From: Occultella glacieicola
GTDB lineage: Bacteria; Actinomycetota; Actinomycetes; Actinomycetales; Beutenbergiaceae
NCBI RefSeq assembly: GCF_004353825.1
Contig: NZ_SMNA01000010.1
Location: forward strand, 62,001-126,000
Direction: 5' to 3'
DNA: 64,000 nt
Each line of letters begins with the position of its first letter. Within the stretch, counting starts at the first letter, position 1. Made by a program: the position numbers and the translations under genes. Below the pieces are notes generated by a model. That model was not told the origin of the DNA. It saw nothing but the letters and a program-made list of their open reading frames with translations, and made no database searches. This document shows positions 50,731-61,103 of this stretch, piece after piece.

Positions 50731-51672
50731 TCAGCCGTGATGGCGGGCGATCAGGTCCGCCGCGGCGTCGAGGTCGGCGGGCGACTTCAACGCGATGGTC
50801 TCGACGCCGCGCATCGTCCGGCGGGCGAGTCCGGTGAGGACCCCACCGGGGGCGAGTTCGATCGCGGCCTGCACGCCGCGCTCGACGAGCGTCTGCTGGC
50901 ACAGGTCCCAGCGCACCGGTGCCGAGATCTGGCGGACCAGGGCGGCCAGGGCGTCGGCACCCGAGGCGACGGCGGCGCCGTCGGCGTTCGAGAGCAGGGT
51001 CAGTCGTGGGTCGGCCGGGGTCAGGGCGGCGGCGGCAGCGGCGACGGCGTCGACGGCGGACGCCATGTAGCGGGTGTGGAACGCACCGGCGACGGCCAGG
51101 GGGATCACCCGGGCCTTCGCGGGCGGCTCCGCGGCGAGGGCGGCCAGGGCGGGCAGGGCTCCGGCGGCGACGATCTGCCCGCCGCCGTTGACGTTCGCGG
51201 CGACCAGGTCGTACGCGCTCAGGGTGTCCAGCACGTCGCCGGCGTCACCGCCGACCACGGCGGACATCCCGGTGGGTTCGGCGGCCGCGGCATGCGCCAT
51301 GGCCGAGCCGCGGACCGCGACCAGACGCAGGGCGTCGGTGGCGGGCAGGACCCCGGCCGCGGCGACCGCCGCGAACTCTCCGACGGAGTGTCCCGCGGTG
51401 GCAATCGCCCAGCCGTTGACGTCGCCCACGCGTGCCTGCAGGGCGCTGAGCGCGAGCAGCGAGGTCGCCACGATGAGGGGCTGGGCGACTGCCGTGTCCT
51501 TGATCGTGTCTGCGTCCGCCGTCGTGCCCAGGGCCCGCAGGTCCAGCCCGACGGCGTCGGCGTAACCGTCGAGTTCGTCCGACAGTGAGCCGGTGGTGCC
51601 GTCGAGCTCGAGCCATGGGGCGAGCATGCCGGGGGACTGGGCGCCCTGACCAGGGCTGAGGACTGCGATCAC
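50731..51672 (-). CDS. fabD: Malonyl-CoA:ACP transacylase
   Basis: PGQGAQ, GHSVGE and AGAFHT. Confidence 0.96.
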   Translation of the reverse strand: MIAVLSPGQGAQSPGMLAPWLELDGTTGSLSDELDGYADAVGLDLRALGTTADADTIKDTAVAQPLIVATSLLALSALQARVGDVNGWAIATAGHSVGEFAAVAAAGVLPATDALRLVAVRGSAMAHAAAAEPTGMSAVVGGDAGDVLDTLSAYDLVAANVNGGGQIVAAGALPALAALAAEPPAKARVIPLAVAGAFHTRYMASAVDAVAAAAAALTPADPRLTLLSNADGAAVASGADALAALVRQISAPVRWDLCQQTLVERGVQAAIELAPGGVLTGLARRTMRGVETIALKSPADLDAAADLIARHHG

Positions 51673-51751
51673 CGTTCCACTCTTCCTTGTGCGATCCCGC
51701 CGCTGCGGGCGACGGATCGCACGAAGCTCCGTCGGGGGGATTGTGCGATTC

Positions 51752-53008
51752 CTACAATGGCACGGTTTCGGCGAGGCGGCCGATCGCGATGGCGATCTGG
51801 AGCACGAATCCCTCCCGTGCGTGGGTCGGGTCCCAACCGGTGATCGTGGCGATCCGCTTGAGCCGGTACCGCACCGTGTTCGGGTGGACGTACAACTGGC
51901 GCGCGGTGGCCTCGAGGGAGCGGCCCTCGTTCAGGTACACCGAGAGCGTCTCCAGGAGCGGTCCACCCACCCCGAGCAGCGGACCGTAGACGTCCGCGAG
52001 CAGGGTTCGGTGCGCGTCCGGGTCCCCGAGCAGCATCCGTTCGGGGAGCAGCTCGTCGGCGAGCACCGGGCGCGGCGCGGACGGCCACGCCGGGACCGCC
52101 TGCAGCGCGGACAGGGCGGCCCTGGCGGAACGACCGGCGTCGGCCAGTTCGCGAACCTGAGGACCGATGACCACCGGCCCGGGGCCGAACCGGGGGAGCA
52201 GCTCCTCCGCCTGTTGCCGCAGGTTGCCTGTACCGCCGAGAACCACGATCAGCCGGCTGCCCTGGAGACCCACGAGCGCGTCCTGGGCGGTGCGCCGGGC
52301 CGCCCGGCGCAGTTCCGCGGTGCCCACGTCGTCGAGTTCGCCCTCGATGGTGCCGACCAGAACGAGGGTGTTCCCGCGGCCGGCCCAGCCCAGGGCGGCC
52401 ACGCGTGAGTGCAGGGAATCGTCGGGGTCGCCGCGCAGCAGCGAGTCGACCACCAGCGCCTCCAGGCGGGCGTCCCAGGCGCCGCGGGTCTCCGCGGCCC
52501 GCGCATAGACCTCGGCGGCCGAGAAGGCCACCTCCCGGGAGTAGAGCAGCACCGATTCGCGCAGGGTGGAGTGCTGGCCCGGCGCGGCCAGTTGTTCGGT
52601 GTGCTCCTCGACGATCTCCACGACGATTCGGACCAGTTGCAGGGTGTGCTGCAGGGAGATCGACCGGGTCAGCTCCGGCGGCGCGGCACGGAAGATCTCG
52701 GCCGCGTTGTAGGAGCCGCGCCCCGGGTTCTCGTACCAGGCGATGAAGTTCGCGATGCCCGACTGCGCCACCAGACCGATCCACGAGCGGTCCTCGGCCG
52801 TCAGGGCCCGGTACCACGGGAGTTCCTCGTCCAGGCGGCGCATGGCCGCGGCCGTGAGCAGGTCCGTGCCGTGCCGTAACCGCCGGACCATCTCGGCCGT
52901 GGCCGGTCGCTCCGGGGCAGGCTCGGCAACCGCCTCGTCCGATCCCGGACCCGCTTCGTCGACCGACGCCGAGGACGGCGTTCGGTGCGTGGACACCTTG
53001 CGACTCAT
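51752..53008 (-). CDS. fasR: PucR/CdaR-family fatty-acid synthesis activator
   Basis: YSREVAFSAAEVYARAAETRGAWDARLEAL and LYVHPNTVRYRL. Directly upstream of fabD. Confidence 0.9.
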   Translation of the reverse strand: MSRKVSTHRTPSSASVDEAGPGSDEAVAEPAPERPATAEMVRRLRHGTDLLTAAAMRRLDEELPWYRALTAEDRSWIGLVAQSGIANFIAWYENPGRGSYNAAEIFRAAPPELTRSISLQHTLQLVRIVVEIVEEHTEQLAAPGQHSTLRESVLLYSREVAFSAAEVYARAAETRGAWDARLEALVVDSLLRGDPDDSLHSRVAALGWAGRGNTLVLVGTIEGELDDVGTAELRRAARRTAQDALVGLQGSRLIVVLGGTGNLRQQAEELLPRFGPGPVVIGPQVRELADAGRSARAALSALQAVPAWPSAPRPVLADELLPERMLLGDPDAHRTLLADVYGPLLGVGGPLLETLSVYLNEGRSLEATARQLYVHPNTVRYRLKRIATITGWDPTHAREGFVLQIAIAIGRLAETVPL

Positions 53009-53056
53009 GGGCCTGAGGATACGGTGTCGTTTGTGGAAAGCCCACAAACGACGCGG

Positions 53057-55765
53057 TCAGAGGAGCCCGTGCTCGCGACCTTCCCGGATCGCGGCGAACC
53101 GGCCTGAGACGCCGAGCTTGCGGTACACGGCGCCGAGGTGCGTCTTGATCGTGTTGACGCTCACGCCCCGAGCGGCGGCGATCTCCTTGACGGACAGTGG
53201 TGAGGGCAGGTCGCGCAGCAGTTCGATCTCTCGCGGGCTGAGCGTGGAGATGTCGGCCAGTTCGGAGCGTTCGGGCTGCTCCCGCTCGAGCAGGGCGGTG
53301 ACGAAGCCCTCGCTGTGGCCGAAGCGCCCTTGGTGCGTGCGCAGGAGCGGCTCGACCTCGCGCCAGGCGTCGACGAACGGGCGCCGGAAGTTCCGGGTCG
53401 CGGCCCAGTCCAGTGCCCGCCGAAGGGACTCGAAGGCGCGCGTCGGGTTGTCCTGGCCGGAATCCACCACCGCCGCGAGCACGTTCGCCGCCACGATCGT
53501 CGACTCCTGATGGACGGTGAGGTCAGCCTGCAGCGCGGTGGTCAGCAGGCGACGCGCCTCGGTCGCCCGGCCCCGGGCGTACAGGAGGTGCGCGCGCATG
53601 GTGAGTGCTTCGGCGCTGTCCGGGACGAGGCGCGCCGCCCTCTCGACGGCGTCCGTCGCCCAGTCGTTCTCCCCCACGGCCAGCGCGAGCCGGATCTCCT
53701 GCGGGGTCGCGTAACCAACCATCGCCGGGGACACCTGATCGGCCATCGGGCTCGACCAGACCTCGCGGAAGTCGGCGACGGCCTGTCTGCGGGCCTCACC
53801 GGTCGACGCCTCGAACCTGGCCAGCGCATGCATGCTCCGAACACCGACCTCGACCTCGACGTTGCCGGCATCCGGGAGAGCGTGGATGGCTCGCCCGGCG
53901 TATTCGGCCTGGGTCTGGTCGTCACAGGTCTGGAACGCGGTCCACGCGGCGAGCAGGTAGGCGTAGGCGAGTCTCGGGGAGTCGGCCCAACCACGCGGGC
54001 TCGCGTACTCGATCGCCTGGCTGGTCCAGGACTGCGTGGCCGGGAAGTCACATGCGGCGCCGGTGATGCCCGACAGCTGGGCGAGGGTGGTGAGGACAGC
54101 CTCGTCGTAGCCCTGGGCACGGGCCAGTTCGAGGGCGTGCTCGAGGTCGGCGATCGCCCGGGTGTAGTCGCCGCCACGCATCCGAGCGGGTCCCCGCTGG
54201 ATGAGAACGATCAGGTCGACATCGGGATCGCCCGAGAGCGACAGGTCGAGGATCCCGGTCGCTCGCAGTGCCTTGGCCACGTCGCCACCGAGCAGGGCCC
54301 GGCTGACGACGGCGGCGGCTCGCATGGCGGCCAGTCGTGCGTCCTCCGGTGGGCCGAGTCTGGTCAGCGCGGCCAGTTGCTCGTCCGCGGCCACGGGGTC
54401 CGAGAGGTCCAGCATGGCCAGCGCAGCGATCGTCACAACGCCTGGGTCCCGGCGGGCCGCAGTTCCGGCCCTGGTGATCGCGTCCCGAACCGTGGGCGCG
54501 TGACCCGAGAGGATGAGACGCAGTCCACGTGCGCGCAGCATGCGGACGAGGTAGTCGTCGTCGCCGGCCTGCAGGGCGTGCTCGATCGCGACGAGTGGCT
54601 GGTCGGCTGCATCGAACCAGCGTGCCGCAGCGGCGTGCTGGTGGCGCGGGGCCTCGACGTCCTCGCGGGCGAGCGCCGCAGTGAGGTAACTGCGCATCAG
54701 GCTGTGGTAGCGGTACCAGGACGTGTCGCCGGACTGGACCACCAGGGCGTTCTGTCGGCAGAGTCGGTCGAGGATCTTGCCGGCGTCGGCCTGTCCGGAC
54801 AGTTCGGCCGCCAGGTCGACCGACAACTGCTCGGGTGTGCACGTCCGGAGCAGGAACTCGTAGGTGTGCTCGGGCAGGTGCTGGACCACCTCCGTGAAGA
54901 GGTAGTCGGCCACCTCGCGACGATCACCCTCGAACTGTGCCAGGAAGCCGCTCGGGTCACTCGACCCGGAGAGGGAGACGGCGGCCAGCCGCAGCCCGGC
55001 CGCCCAGCCCTCGGTGCGGCCGACCACCCGGGCGAGGTCCAGCGGTGACAGCGAACTGCCGACCCGCTCGAACAGTTCCGACGCCTCGGCCTCGGTGAAC
55101 GCGAGATCGTCGGTGCGGATGTCGCGAAGCGTGCCGGTCAGCCGAAGGCGGTGCAGGTTCAGCTCCGGCTCGTGTCGGCTGATCAGAACGACGCCGAGGC
55201 CCGGCGGAAGGTCGTTGAGGAGTGACTCCAGTCCGGCCAGGACGTCGGCCGAACGGATCCGGTGCAGGTCGTCGAGGACGAGCCATCGCACCGGTTGGGT
55301 CGCGTCCAGCACCTCGGTCAGCGCGGTGATGAACCGTGGCTCGACGCGGTCTCGCGGCGGACTCAGCTGGTCGAGCTCGTCGGCGGCGTCCGCCGGTGCG
55401 GCTTCGATCAGGGCGTCGATGAGAGCAGACCAGAACTCGTAGGGACGATCATCGCTCTCGTCGAGGCCGACCCACGCCACCCTCTCACCCCGCTCGGCGG
55501 CGCGGCGGGCCCAGTCGACCACGAGGATGGTCTTGCCTGATCCGGCGGGCGCGCAGACCAAGGACACGGGGGTGGCGCCGAGGTGCAGGGCGGTGAGGCG
55601 CTCCCGCACGACGAGGCCGTCGGATACTCGTGGGACGCGAACGCGGGTGCGGGAGACGAACGCCCGGGCGCCGGCGTGGCGCTGCGCCGGGTGGTTGCGC
55701 GGCGCAGCGCGGCGTACGCCCCGCCCGCGCGTCGCAGGGCGCGACCCGGTAGACCCAGCCTGCAT
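53057..55765 (-). CDS. MalT-like STAND ATPase-LuxR regulator (copy 1)
   Basis: Walker A APAGSGKT, Walker B LVLDDLH, TEGWAAGLRL and LuxR HTH VSVNTIKTHL. Confidence 0.9.
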   Translation of the reverse strand: MQAGSTGSRPATRGRGVRRAAPRNHPAQRHAGARAFVSRTRVRVPRVSDGLVVRERLTALHLGATPVSLVCAPAGSGKTILVVDWARRAAERGERVAWVGLDESDDRPYEFWSALIDALIEAAPADAADELDQLSPPRDRVEPRFITALTEVLDATQPVRWLVLDDLHRIRSADVLAGLESLLNDLPPGLGVVLISRHEPELNLHRLRLTGTLRDIRTDDLAFTEAEASELFERVGSSLSPLDLARVVGRTEGWAAGLRLAAVSLSGSSDPSGFLAQFEGDRREVADYLFTEVVQHLPEHTYEFLLRTCTPEQLSVDLAAELSGQADAGKILDRLCRQNALVVQSGDTSWYRYHSLMRSYLTAALAREDVEAPRHQHAAAARWFDAADQPLVAIEHALQAGDDDYLVRMLRARGLRLILSGHAPTVRDAITRAGTAARRDPGVVTIAALAMLDLSDPVAADEQLAALTRLGPPEDARLAAMRAAAVVSRALLGGDVAKALRATGILDLSLSGDPDVDLIVLIQRGPARMRGGDYTRAIADLEHALELARAQGYDEAVLTTLAQLSGITGAACDFPATQSWTSQAIEYASPRGWADSPRLAYAYLLAAWTAFQTCDDQTQAEYAGRAIHALPDAGNVEVEVGVRSMHALARFEASTGEARRQAVADFREVWSSPMADQVSPAMVGYATPQEIRLALAVGENDWATDAVERAARLVPDSAEALTMRAHLLYARGRATEARRLLTTALQADLTVHQESTIVAANVLAAVVDSGQDNPTRAFESLRRALDWAATRNFRRPFVDAWREVEPLLRTHQGRFGHSEGFVTALLEREQPERSELADISTLSPREIELLRDLPSPLSVKEIAAARGVSVNTIKTHLGAVYRKLGVSGRFAAIREGREHGLL

Positions 55766-55863
55766 GTGGCGGAGCCTATCGCCACCGGGTCCGCGACGGG
55801 GTGACCGCCGCCGAGTGTCCAGTTGCTTGCCGCCATTCTGCCGCCGCCATGCCGCGCGGCGAA

Positions 55864-55880
55864 TCACCCGCCGGGGGTGA
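55864..55880. promoter_or_regulatory. Palindromic box TCACCC-GCCGG-GGGTGA
   Basis: 70 bp upstream of the sulfatase ATG. Recurs at 61030 and 61924. Confidence 0.75.
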
Positions 55881-55950
55881 CGCGGCCGACCCGCCCGCGT
55901 CGAATCATTGCCGTGGACGTTTCCGGTCTCGCAGGGAAAGGGCATGGGCC

Positions 55951-58275
55951 ATGACAGCCAAGGAATTCAACGGGGTCATCAACCTCGACGTGCGCGACTC
56001 GGTTCCGGACTGGTCGCCGTACGAGCTGACGAAGGCGCCGGATGGGGCGCCGAACGTGCTCGTCGTGCTCTACGACGACACCGGGCTCGCGTCGTGGTCG
56101 CCGTACGGCGGTCGGATTGCGATGCCGACGCTGGACCGATTGGCGCAGAACGGGCTGACCTACACGCAGTGGCACACCACCGCGCTGTGTTCCCCGACCC
56201 GCTCGTGCTTCCTGACCGGCCGCAACCACACCACGAACCGGGTCGCCGCCATCATGGAGGCCACCAACGGCTTTCCCGGTGCCGCCGGCCGGATCCCGGA
56301 TGAGTGCGCCACGGTCGGTCAGGTCCTCCAGGACAACGGCTACTCCACGTTCTGGGTGGGCAAGAACCACAACGTGCCCGAGGAGGACAACTCCAGCGGT
56401 GGCAGCAGGTCCCAATGGCCCTTGGCGAAGGGATTCGACCGGTTCTACGGGTTCCTGGGCGGGGAGACGAACAACTGGTATCCGGACCTGTGCGAGGACA
56501 ACCACTTCATCGAGCAGCCGTACACCCCGGAGGAGGGGTACCACCTGTCCAAGGACCTCGCGGACCAGAGCATCAAGATGATCCGCGACCAGCAGGCGTC
56601 GAACCCGTCACGGCCCTGGTACCTCTGGTTCTGCCCGGGCGCGAACCACGCACCGCACCACGCGCCGGAGGAGTACATCGAGAAGTACAAGGGGATGTTC
56701 GACGACGGCTACGACGCCTACCGGGACTGGGTCCTGGGTCGGATGGTCGAACGCGGCGTGATGCCGGAGGGCACCGAACTCACGCCGACGAACCCGTTGG
56801 CCGAGGAGGTCGCCAACGCGGCCGACGCAGTGCGGCCCTGGGACTCGCTCAGCGAGGACGAACAACGGTTGTTCGCCAGGATGGCCGAAGTGTTCGCCGG
56901 ATTCTCGGAGTACACGGACGCTCAGGTGGGCCGGATCGTCGACTACCTCGAGGCGAGCGGCCAGCTCGACAACACCTTGATCTTCTACTGCGCGGACAAC
57001 GGGGCGTCCGGTGAGGGGTCGCCGGACGGGTCGGTGAACGAGAACAAGTTCTTCAACAACTACCCGGACGACATCACCGAGAACCTCGCTCAGTTGGGCA
57101 ACTTGGGCAGCCCGGAGACCTACAACCACTACCCCACGGGCTGGGCGGTCGCCTTCAGCACGCCCTTCCAGATGTTCAAGCGCTACTCGCAGTACTCCGG
57201 TGGTACGTGCGATCCGATGGTCATCCACTGGCCGAAGGGCATCAAGGCCAAGGGTGAGATCCGGCACCAGTACCACCACGCCACCGACGTGGTCTCCACG
57301 ATCTTGGACGTGGCCGGCCTTGAGATGCCGGAGACCTACCGAGGAGTCAAGCAGGAGCCGCTGGCCGGCGTCTCGATGCGGTACAGCTTCGACTCCGCCG
57401 ACGCACCGACGCAGAAGCACCGCCAGTACTACAACATGCTCGGAACCCGGGGGGTCTGGCAGGACGGCTGGAAGGCCGCGGCCACACATGCACCACTGAC
57501 CGGCAACGGCCGGTTCGACGAGGACTCCTGGGAGCTCTATCACGTCGACGCCGACCGCTCGGAGTCCAGGAACCTTGCCGACCAGGAGCCGGAGCGACTG
57601 CGCGAACTGATCGCCGCCTGGTTCGAGGAGGCGGAGGCGAATCACGGGCTGCCGCTCGACGACCGGACCGCGATGGAGTTGCTGACGATCTCGCGGCCGC
57701 AGGCGGAACCACCGCGGACCCGGTACGTGTACTACCCGGGATCCTCGGCGGTTCCGGAGGGCGTCGCGGTCAACGTCCGGGGCCGCTCGTACAAGATCAT
57801 CGCGGACGTCGATCTCAGTGCGGATGCCGAGGGCGTCCTGTTCGCCCACGGCTCGAGGTTCGGCGGGCACGCCCTGTTCCTCAAGGACCGCAGGCTCCAC
57901 TACGTGTACAACTTCCTGGGCATCCCACCCGAGCAGACCTTCACCTCGGAGATCCTCACGCCCGGCCCGCACGCGCTCGGGATGGAGTTCGTCCGCGAGG
58001 GCGCCGGTCCGAACAAGGAGTCGGTCGGCACCACGAGGCTCTACGTCGACGACCAGGTCGTGGCCGAGGGACCGATGCGAGCCCAGGTCGGCAAGTTCAC
58101 GCTCTGCGGTGACGGACTCTGTGTGGGCTTCGACAGCGCGGACTCGGTCAGCAGGTCCTATCGGGCGCCGTTCGCCTTCACGGGCGGCAAGATCCTCGGG
58201 GTCGCGGTGGACGTGAGCGAGGAGAGCTACCTCGACCTTGAGACCGAGGCGCTCGGGGCGCTCGCGCGGGACTGA
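55951..58275 (+). CDS. Arylsulfatase (Cys-type FGly sulfatase, AtsA/D-like, no signal peptide)
   Basis: PNVLVVLYDD, CSPTR, GKNH, GANHAPH, ADNG and WELYHVDADRSE, plus a C-terminal beta domain. Confidence 0.92.
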   Translation: MTAKEFNGVINLDVRDSVPDWSPYELTKAPDGAPNVLVVLYDDTGLASWSPYGGRIAMPTLDRLAQNGLTYTQWHTTALCSPTRSCFLTGRNHTTNRVAAIMEATNGFPGAAGRIPDECATVGQVLQDNGYSTFWVGKNHNVPEEDNSSGGSRSQWPLAKGFDRFYGFLGGETNNWYPDLCEDNHFIEQPYTPEEGYHLSKDLADQSIKMIRDQQASNPSRPWYLWFCPGANHAPHHAPEEYIEKYKGMFDDGYDAYRDWVLGRMVERGVMPEGTELTPTNPLAEEVANAADAVRPWDSLSEDEQRLFARMAEVFAGFSEYTDAQVGRIVDYLEASGQLDNTLIFYCADNGASGEGSPDGSVNENKFFNNYPDDITENLAQLGNLGSPETYNHYPTGWAVAFSTPFQMFKRYSQYSGGTCDPMVIHWPKGIKAKGEIRHQYHHATDVVSTILDVAGLEMPETYRGVKQEPLAGVSMRYSFDSADAPTQKHRQYYNMLGTRGVWQDGWKAAATHAPLTGNGRFDEDSWELYHVDADRSESRNLADQEPERLRELIAAWFEEAEANHGLPLDDRTAMELLTISRPQAEPPRTRYVYYPGSSAVPEGVAVNVRGRSYKIIADVDLSADAEGVLFAHGSRFGGHALFLKDRRLHYVYNFLGIPPEQTFTSEILTPGPHALGMEFVREGAGPNKESVGTTRLYVDDQVVAEGPMRAQVGKFTLCGDGLCVGFDSADSVSRSYRAPFAFTGGKILGVAVDVSEESYLDLETEALGALARD

Positions 58276-58297
58276 CACCTGCGCCCGTCAGGCCGGT

Positions 58298-60931
58298 TCA
58301 GAGCAGGCCGGCCTGACGGGCCAGATCCACCGCCTCACGGCGAGTCGCGACGCCGAACTTGCGGTAGACGGACCGCACGTGGGTCTTCACGGTGTTGATG
58401 CTCACCACATGGGCGTCGGCGATCTCCCGCATGGACAGCATCGACGGCAGATCCCGAAGCACCTCCAGCTCCTTGCCCGTGAGCACCAGGCCGGAGCCGC
58501 CGTCGGGCTGGGTACGGGAGTCCGCGAAGGCGAGAGTCTCGCTCACGAAGGTCTCGTACCGGCCGAATCGGCCCCGACCACGGCGGAGCAGGCTCGGTAT
58601 CGAGGGCGCGGCGTCCAGGAGGCACCGCATCATCTGGTTCCGCTCGGCGAGGCCGAGCGCCTCCAGGAGCGCCTCGTGGCTGCGCGCCGGCCGCCCCGCG
58701 GCGTCGGCGAGGTGCGCGGTGATCGCCGCGGCGATCACCGCGGTCCTGGACGTGAGGAACCGGGTGTTGCGCACCCGGTCCAGGTCATCCCGGGCCGCGG
58801 CGTCGTGCCCCTGGTACACGTGCCGCAGCGCCCTGAACACCTCCACATCCGCAGCCCCGACGAGGACCGCTTCGACGCGGCTGACGATGGCCCCGGCCAG
58901 TTCGACCTGATGGCAGCGCAGTGTCACGAGCAGCTCGAAGCACGCGAACATCGAGACCGCCGCGGGCGGCAGGGATGGCCAGAGGCTGTTGAAGTCCTGG
59001 ACGTGCGCGATCGCGGTGACGTCCAGGCCGGGGTCGGTCGCGCCCACGGTCAGGTCGTGGATGCAGAGGGTCGCGGCGGCGGTGAGCCGGTCGATGTCCG
59101 GGTCGGCGACCTCCATCGCCGCCCGGGCGTGCTCCGCCGCCATGGCGGTATCACCGTGCTGCCACGCCGCCAGGGCCAACTCGCTGTGCAACTGGCCCAG
59201 GCGCGGGTGCCGGTACCAGCTGCGCCGGTTCGCGAGTTCGATCGCTTCGGCCGCCACCGCCCGAACGGCGCGCAGGTCGGACCGGAACAGGGCGACGGCA
59301 CTGAGCGCGCCCAGGGCCCGGAACAGCAGGAAGTCCAGGCCCCGGGTGCGGCTGATCCGGGCCAGGGACCGCGCCATCGTCTCGGCGGTGTCCAGCTCGC
59401 CGAGCATGGCCAGCGCCATGCTGCCGAGCGATCTGCCCACGAGCACCAGGTCGGGATCGACTCCGGTGGCGGCCTCGAGCGCCGTGAGCGCCCCGGACAC
59501 CTCCTCCCGGCCGAGCGATCGGGTCCGGGCCGAGGCGAGCAGGGCGACCGCCCGGTACGCCTCGCGCCGGGGCACGTCGTCCGCGGCCGCATCCAGGACC
59601 GCGAGATCGAGGTGGGCAGCAGCGAGGTCCTCCTCGAGTACTGCGGTGAGCGCGGCGGCGCCGGCGACGGCCGGACGAGCCTGCATCCAGGTCGGCAGCG
59701 ACCCGAGGATCTCGCGCATGGCCTGCGGCCCGTCGGTCGCGGTGATACGCACGCACGTCGCCGCGATCATCGACTCCACTCGGGACCAGTCCGACGCCGC
59801 GACGGCGTGCCGGACCGCACCTCGGACGTCACCCGCCGACTCGAACCAGTCGATCGCAGCCGCCTGGTGACGGCGGTGCCGGTCCTCGTCGCGACGCTGG
59901 GACTCGGCCCGGAGGTAGGTCCGCAACAGGGGATGGAGCTCGTAGCAGTCCGGCTCGTCGCGTACGGGGCCAACCAGCGCATTGGCCCGGACGAGGTCCT
60001 CGAGGAGCACACCGGCGTCGCAGCGACCGGTCAGGACCCGGGCGAGATCGAGGCTGATCCGATCGGCCACGGACACGTCGAGGAGCAGGTCGATCTGACC
60101 CTGCTCGAGGCTCGAGAGCACCTCTGAGACGAGGTAGTCCGCCACGGCCCGGTCGGTGCCCGCGAAGTTCCGGACGAACACCGAGCGATCGGCCCGACGT
60201 CCCAGGGCGAGCGCGGCCAGCCGCAGACCGGCCGCCCAGCCCTTGGTCCGACCGAGCAGGCTCTCGAGATCGGAATCGCTCAGGTCGATACCCTCGGCCC
60301 CCAACAGTGCCCGTGCCTCGTCGCGGTCGAACGCCAGCTCGGCGGACCGGTACTCGTTCGCCGAACCGTCCAGCAGGGCCGGGGACAGGAGTCCGTGCGG
60401 GCTGTGCCGGGCGGCGATCACGAGCCGCAGCCCGGGCCCCGCGAGGGACACCAGCGCACGGAGTTGGCGGCGCGCCTCGGTGTCGGTCCACTGATGGGCG
60501 TCGTCGAGGCCGACCCAGACCGGCGTCGGCAGTGCCGGCATCGGCGCCAGGGCCCGAGGACCCGACTCCTCCAGTGCGGCCCGCAATCGCTCGGTCAGCC
60601 CGACCTCCACGTCGGCCGGCATGGTTCCGGCCCGGATCGCACCAACGAGACTCGGCAGTAGAGTCCCCGCCACCCCCGAACCCGGCGCGGACAGACTCAG
60701 CACGAGCTCGCCGGCTGCCCGCCGGGACTCGAGCCACTGGTCGAGCACGGTGGTCTTGCCCGCGCCGGCGGGCGCCGTGAGCGCGATGATGTCCGCCCCG
60801 CCCGCGACCCCGGCCGCGAGCATCGAGAGCAGTCGGGTGCGTTCGACCCGTGCCGGGCCCCGGGCGCTGCGCGCCGACGGCGCGTGCCCAGCGTCGCTGG
60901 GCGTTCCGGTGGTCGTGTCGATCGTGGTCAC
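58298..60931 (-). CDS. MalT-like STAND ATPase-LuxR regulator (copy 2)
   Basis: APAGAGKT, VGLDDAH, TKGWAAGLRL and VSINTVKTHV. GGAGG RBS before GTG at 60931. Confidence 0.9.
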   Translation of the reverse strand: MTTIDTTTGTPSDAGHAPSARSARGPARVERTRLLSMLAAGVAGGADIIALTAPAGAGKTTVLDQWLESRRAAGELVLSLSAPGSGVAGTLLPSLVGAIRAGTMPADVEVGLTERLRAALEESGPRALAPMPALPTPVWVGLDDAHQWTDTEARRQLRALVSLAGPGLRLVIAARHSPHGLLSPALLDGSANEYRSAELAFDRDEARALLGAEGIDLSDSDLESLLGRTKGWAAGLRLAALALGRRADRSVFVRNFAGTDRAVADYLVSEVLSSLEQGQIDLLLDVSVADRISLDLARVLTGRCDAGVLLEDLVRANALVGPVRDEPDCYELHPLLRTYLRAESQRRDEDRHRRHQAAAIDWFESAGDVRGAVRHAVAASDWSRVESMIAATCVRITATDGPQAMREILGSLPTWMQARPAVAGAAALTAVLEEDLAAAHLDLAVLDAAADDVPRREAYRAVALLASARTRSLGREEVSGALTALEAATGVDPDLVLVGRSLGSMALAMLGELDTAETMARSLARISRTRGLDFLLFRALGALSAVALFRSDLRAVRAVAAEAIELANRRSWYRHPRLGQLHSELALAAWQHGDTAMAAEHARAAMEVADPDIDRLTAAATLCIHDLTVGATDPGLDVTAIAHVQDFNSLWPSLPPAAVSMFACFELLVTLRCHQVELAGAIVSRVEAVLVGAADVEVFRALRHVYQGHDAAARDDLDRVRNTRFLTSRTAVIAAAITAHLADAAGRPARSHEALLEALGLAERNQMMRCLLDAAPSIPSLLRRGRGRFGRYETFVSETLAFADSRTQPDGGSGLVLTGKELEVLRDLPSMLSMREIADAHVVSINTVKTHVRSVYRKFGVATRREAVDLARQAGLL

Positions 60932-61029
60932 AGGCTGGATTCCCTCCGCGTGACGAGCGTTCTCCCCGGTCACATCAGACCGCTGTCGCGGGCGCGGGGC
61001 CAGCAGTTGTGCGGTGTCAGAGGGGTCTT

Positions 61030-61046
61030 TCACCCCCGAGGGGTGA
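61030..61046. promoter_or_regulatory. Palindromic box TCACCC-CCGAG-GGGTGA
   Basis: 57 bp upstream of the small gene GTG at 61104. Confidence 0.75.
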
Positions 61047-61103
61047 GGGAGGGACTGCGCGGACTTGGGACCGTGTGGTGTCAGTTCAGAGAGGAGGCCG
61101 CAC

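Noticed and set aside
47906..51672. Type II polyketide cluster
   Set aside because: The gene set and order are those of the primary fasR-fabD-fabH-acpP-fabF operon. No chain-length factor or cyclases.
55788..55804. Fourth copy of the TCAYCC-N5-GGGTGA box
   Set aside because: Only the GGGTGA half matches; the left half reads GGTCCG.
53057..60931. Avs/NLR-like antiphage STAND defence system
   Set aside because: Both ATPases end in LuxR HTH domains and have MalT-type motifs, with no nuclease, TIR or SIR2 effector. They are better explained as transcription activators.
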